Shown here piece after piece: positions 49,727 to 50,490 of a DNA stretch of 50,490 nucleotides. A program made the translations under genes and the position numbers. The stretch lies in the IMG/VR virus record IMGVR_UViG_3300044999_000017, positions 1 to 50,490 of that record, one strand, 5' to 3'. Source of the DNA: a virus (Duplodnaviria > Caudoviricetes). Position 1 is the stretch's first letter. The number at the start of each line of letters is the position of its first letter. The notes under the pieces are model-generated. The model was not told the DNA's origin, searched no databases, and saw nothing but the letters and a program-made list of their open reading frames with translations.

Positions 49727-50490
49727 GGCGCTGTCGTCGCGCTCCAGCCGCTGCCGGTCCAGAGATACCAGTTGCCGCTGCTGTTCTTGACCTTGATCTG
49801 CCCCGCCTTGAGACTGATGACGACGCCCTGACCTAAGGCGGCGGACACGCCATTACGCATGATCCAGTAGCCATACATCGAAGCGCCGGCCAGCGACCAC
49901 ACCGCCCCGCTCGGATCGGTGAGCGTTGAGCCATCCCGCGGAACCTGTATCTCCGGCACTGGCGCGCTCGCTACGTCGGGCACAAGCTGATTCCACAACG
50001 CCTTGCCTGCGTCGATCTGCGCTTGCGTGACGCTGCCGAGGGTCAGTCCATTCCCCGCGGCTTTGATATTGTCGATCAGCATTTGAGTGTTTCCTGTTGG
50101 CGTTGGAATAGACGGCGGCGGCACGACAGGCCCGAAACCATACGCCGGATAGATCGTCGGATACGAGGTCGGGCCGGTGAAACTGACGCTGCGTACAACC
50201 CTATACGGCGTTAACTCAGCATAGCTATAATGAAACGGAATCGGGCTCGCGCTGCGAGAGTCAGGTCCTAACCAGCCAGTGCTGTCGTATCCCCACACAC
50301 AAAGCTCGTGCCCTGGTGGCGGGGCGTAGTTCATCGAGCACATGACCGGATGCCCTGCCGCAATCTCGGTCTTCATTTGCAGAATCAAGTCACTTGGCTG
50401 GAAAACCATACTCCCGTTTTGCGGGACCCAGATGCCGCCCTGTATGTCTCCGTATTCGAGGATCTTGTGATTGGGCGCGTCGGCAAATGC
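49723..50490 (-). CDS. papain-like cysteine peptidase, 3' part (continues from 339-28 across the origin)
   Basis: GHELCVWGYD catalytic-His motif, Pro-rich linker, C-terminal aromatic beta domain. Confidence 0.75.
   Translation of the reverse strand, partial: AFADAPNHKILEYGDIQGGIWVPQNGSMVFQPSDLILQMKTEIAAGHPVMCSMNYAPPPGHELCVWGYDSTGWLGPDSRSASPIPFHYSYAELTPYRVVRSVSFTGPTSYPTIYPAYGFGPVVPPPSIPTPTGNTQMLIDNIKAAGNGLTLGSVTQAQIDAGKALWNQLVPDVASAPVPEIQVPRDGSTLTDPSGAVWSLAGASMYGYWIMRNGVSAALGQGVVISLKAGQIKVKNSSGNWYLWTGSGWSATTAP
50464..50490. repeat. 27-bp terminal direct repeat, right copy
   Basis: Identical to 1-27. Confidence 0.95.

Overview
This window looks like a complete, circularly assembled ~50.46 kb temperate tailed-phage genome (bases 1-27 repeat exactly at 50464-50490), probably podovirus-like and infecting a Gram-negative host. 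One long minus-strand late operon runs from about 30254 down through the origin to 47389. It encodes TerS, TerL, portal, a GroES-like protein, scaffold, capsid, a lysis cluster, adaptor and nozzle, ejection proteins, a divergent PurD-like ATP-grasp enzyme, tail appendages including a GH5-like hydrolase, an origin-spanning papain-like protease and the spanins. The remainder holds a CI/Cro-like switch, an AAA_25 RepA-like helicase operon, a plus-strand accessory operon (YqaJ exonuclease, DUF550, Mom-like GNAT), xis-int, a tRNA-Ser(CGA) attP and a 1750-bp IS1595 element carrying passenger genes. The most notable unexplained signals are: (1) single-gene cassettes bounded by conserved left and right ends that share a GAGAYT core; (2) a 16-bp operator palindrome at 8 sites genome-wide; (3) a 133-nt tRNA-shaped RNA antisense between the spanin genes; (4) repeated UCCUCCU-loop hairpin plus terminator modules; and (5) the PurD-like ligase in the virion module, with a probable ATA start. 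Family names come from motif recognition by eye; no database searches were run.
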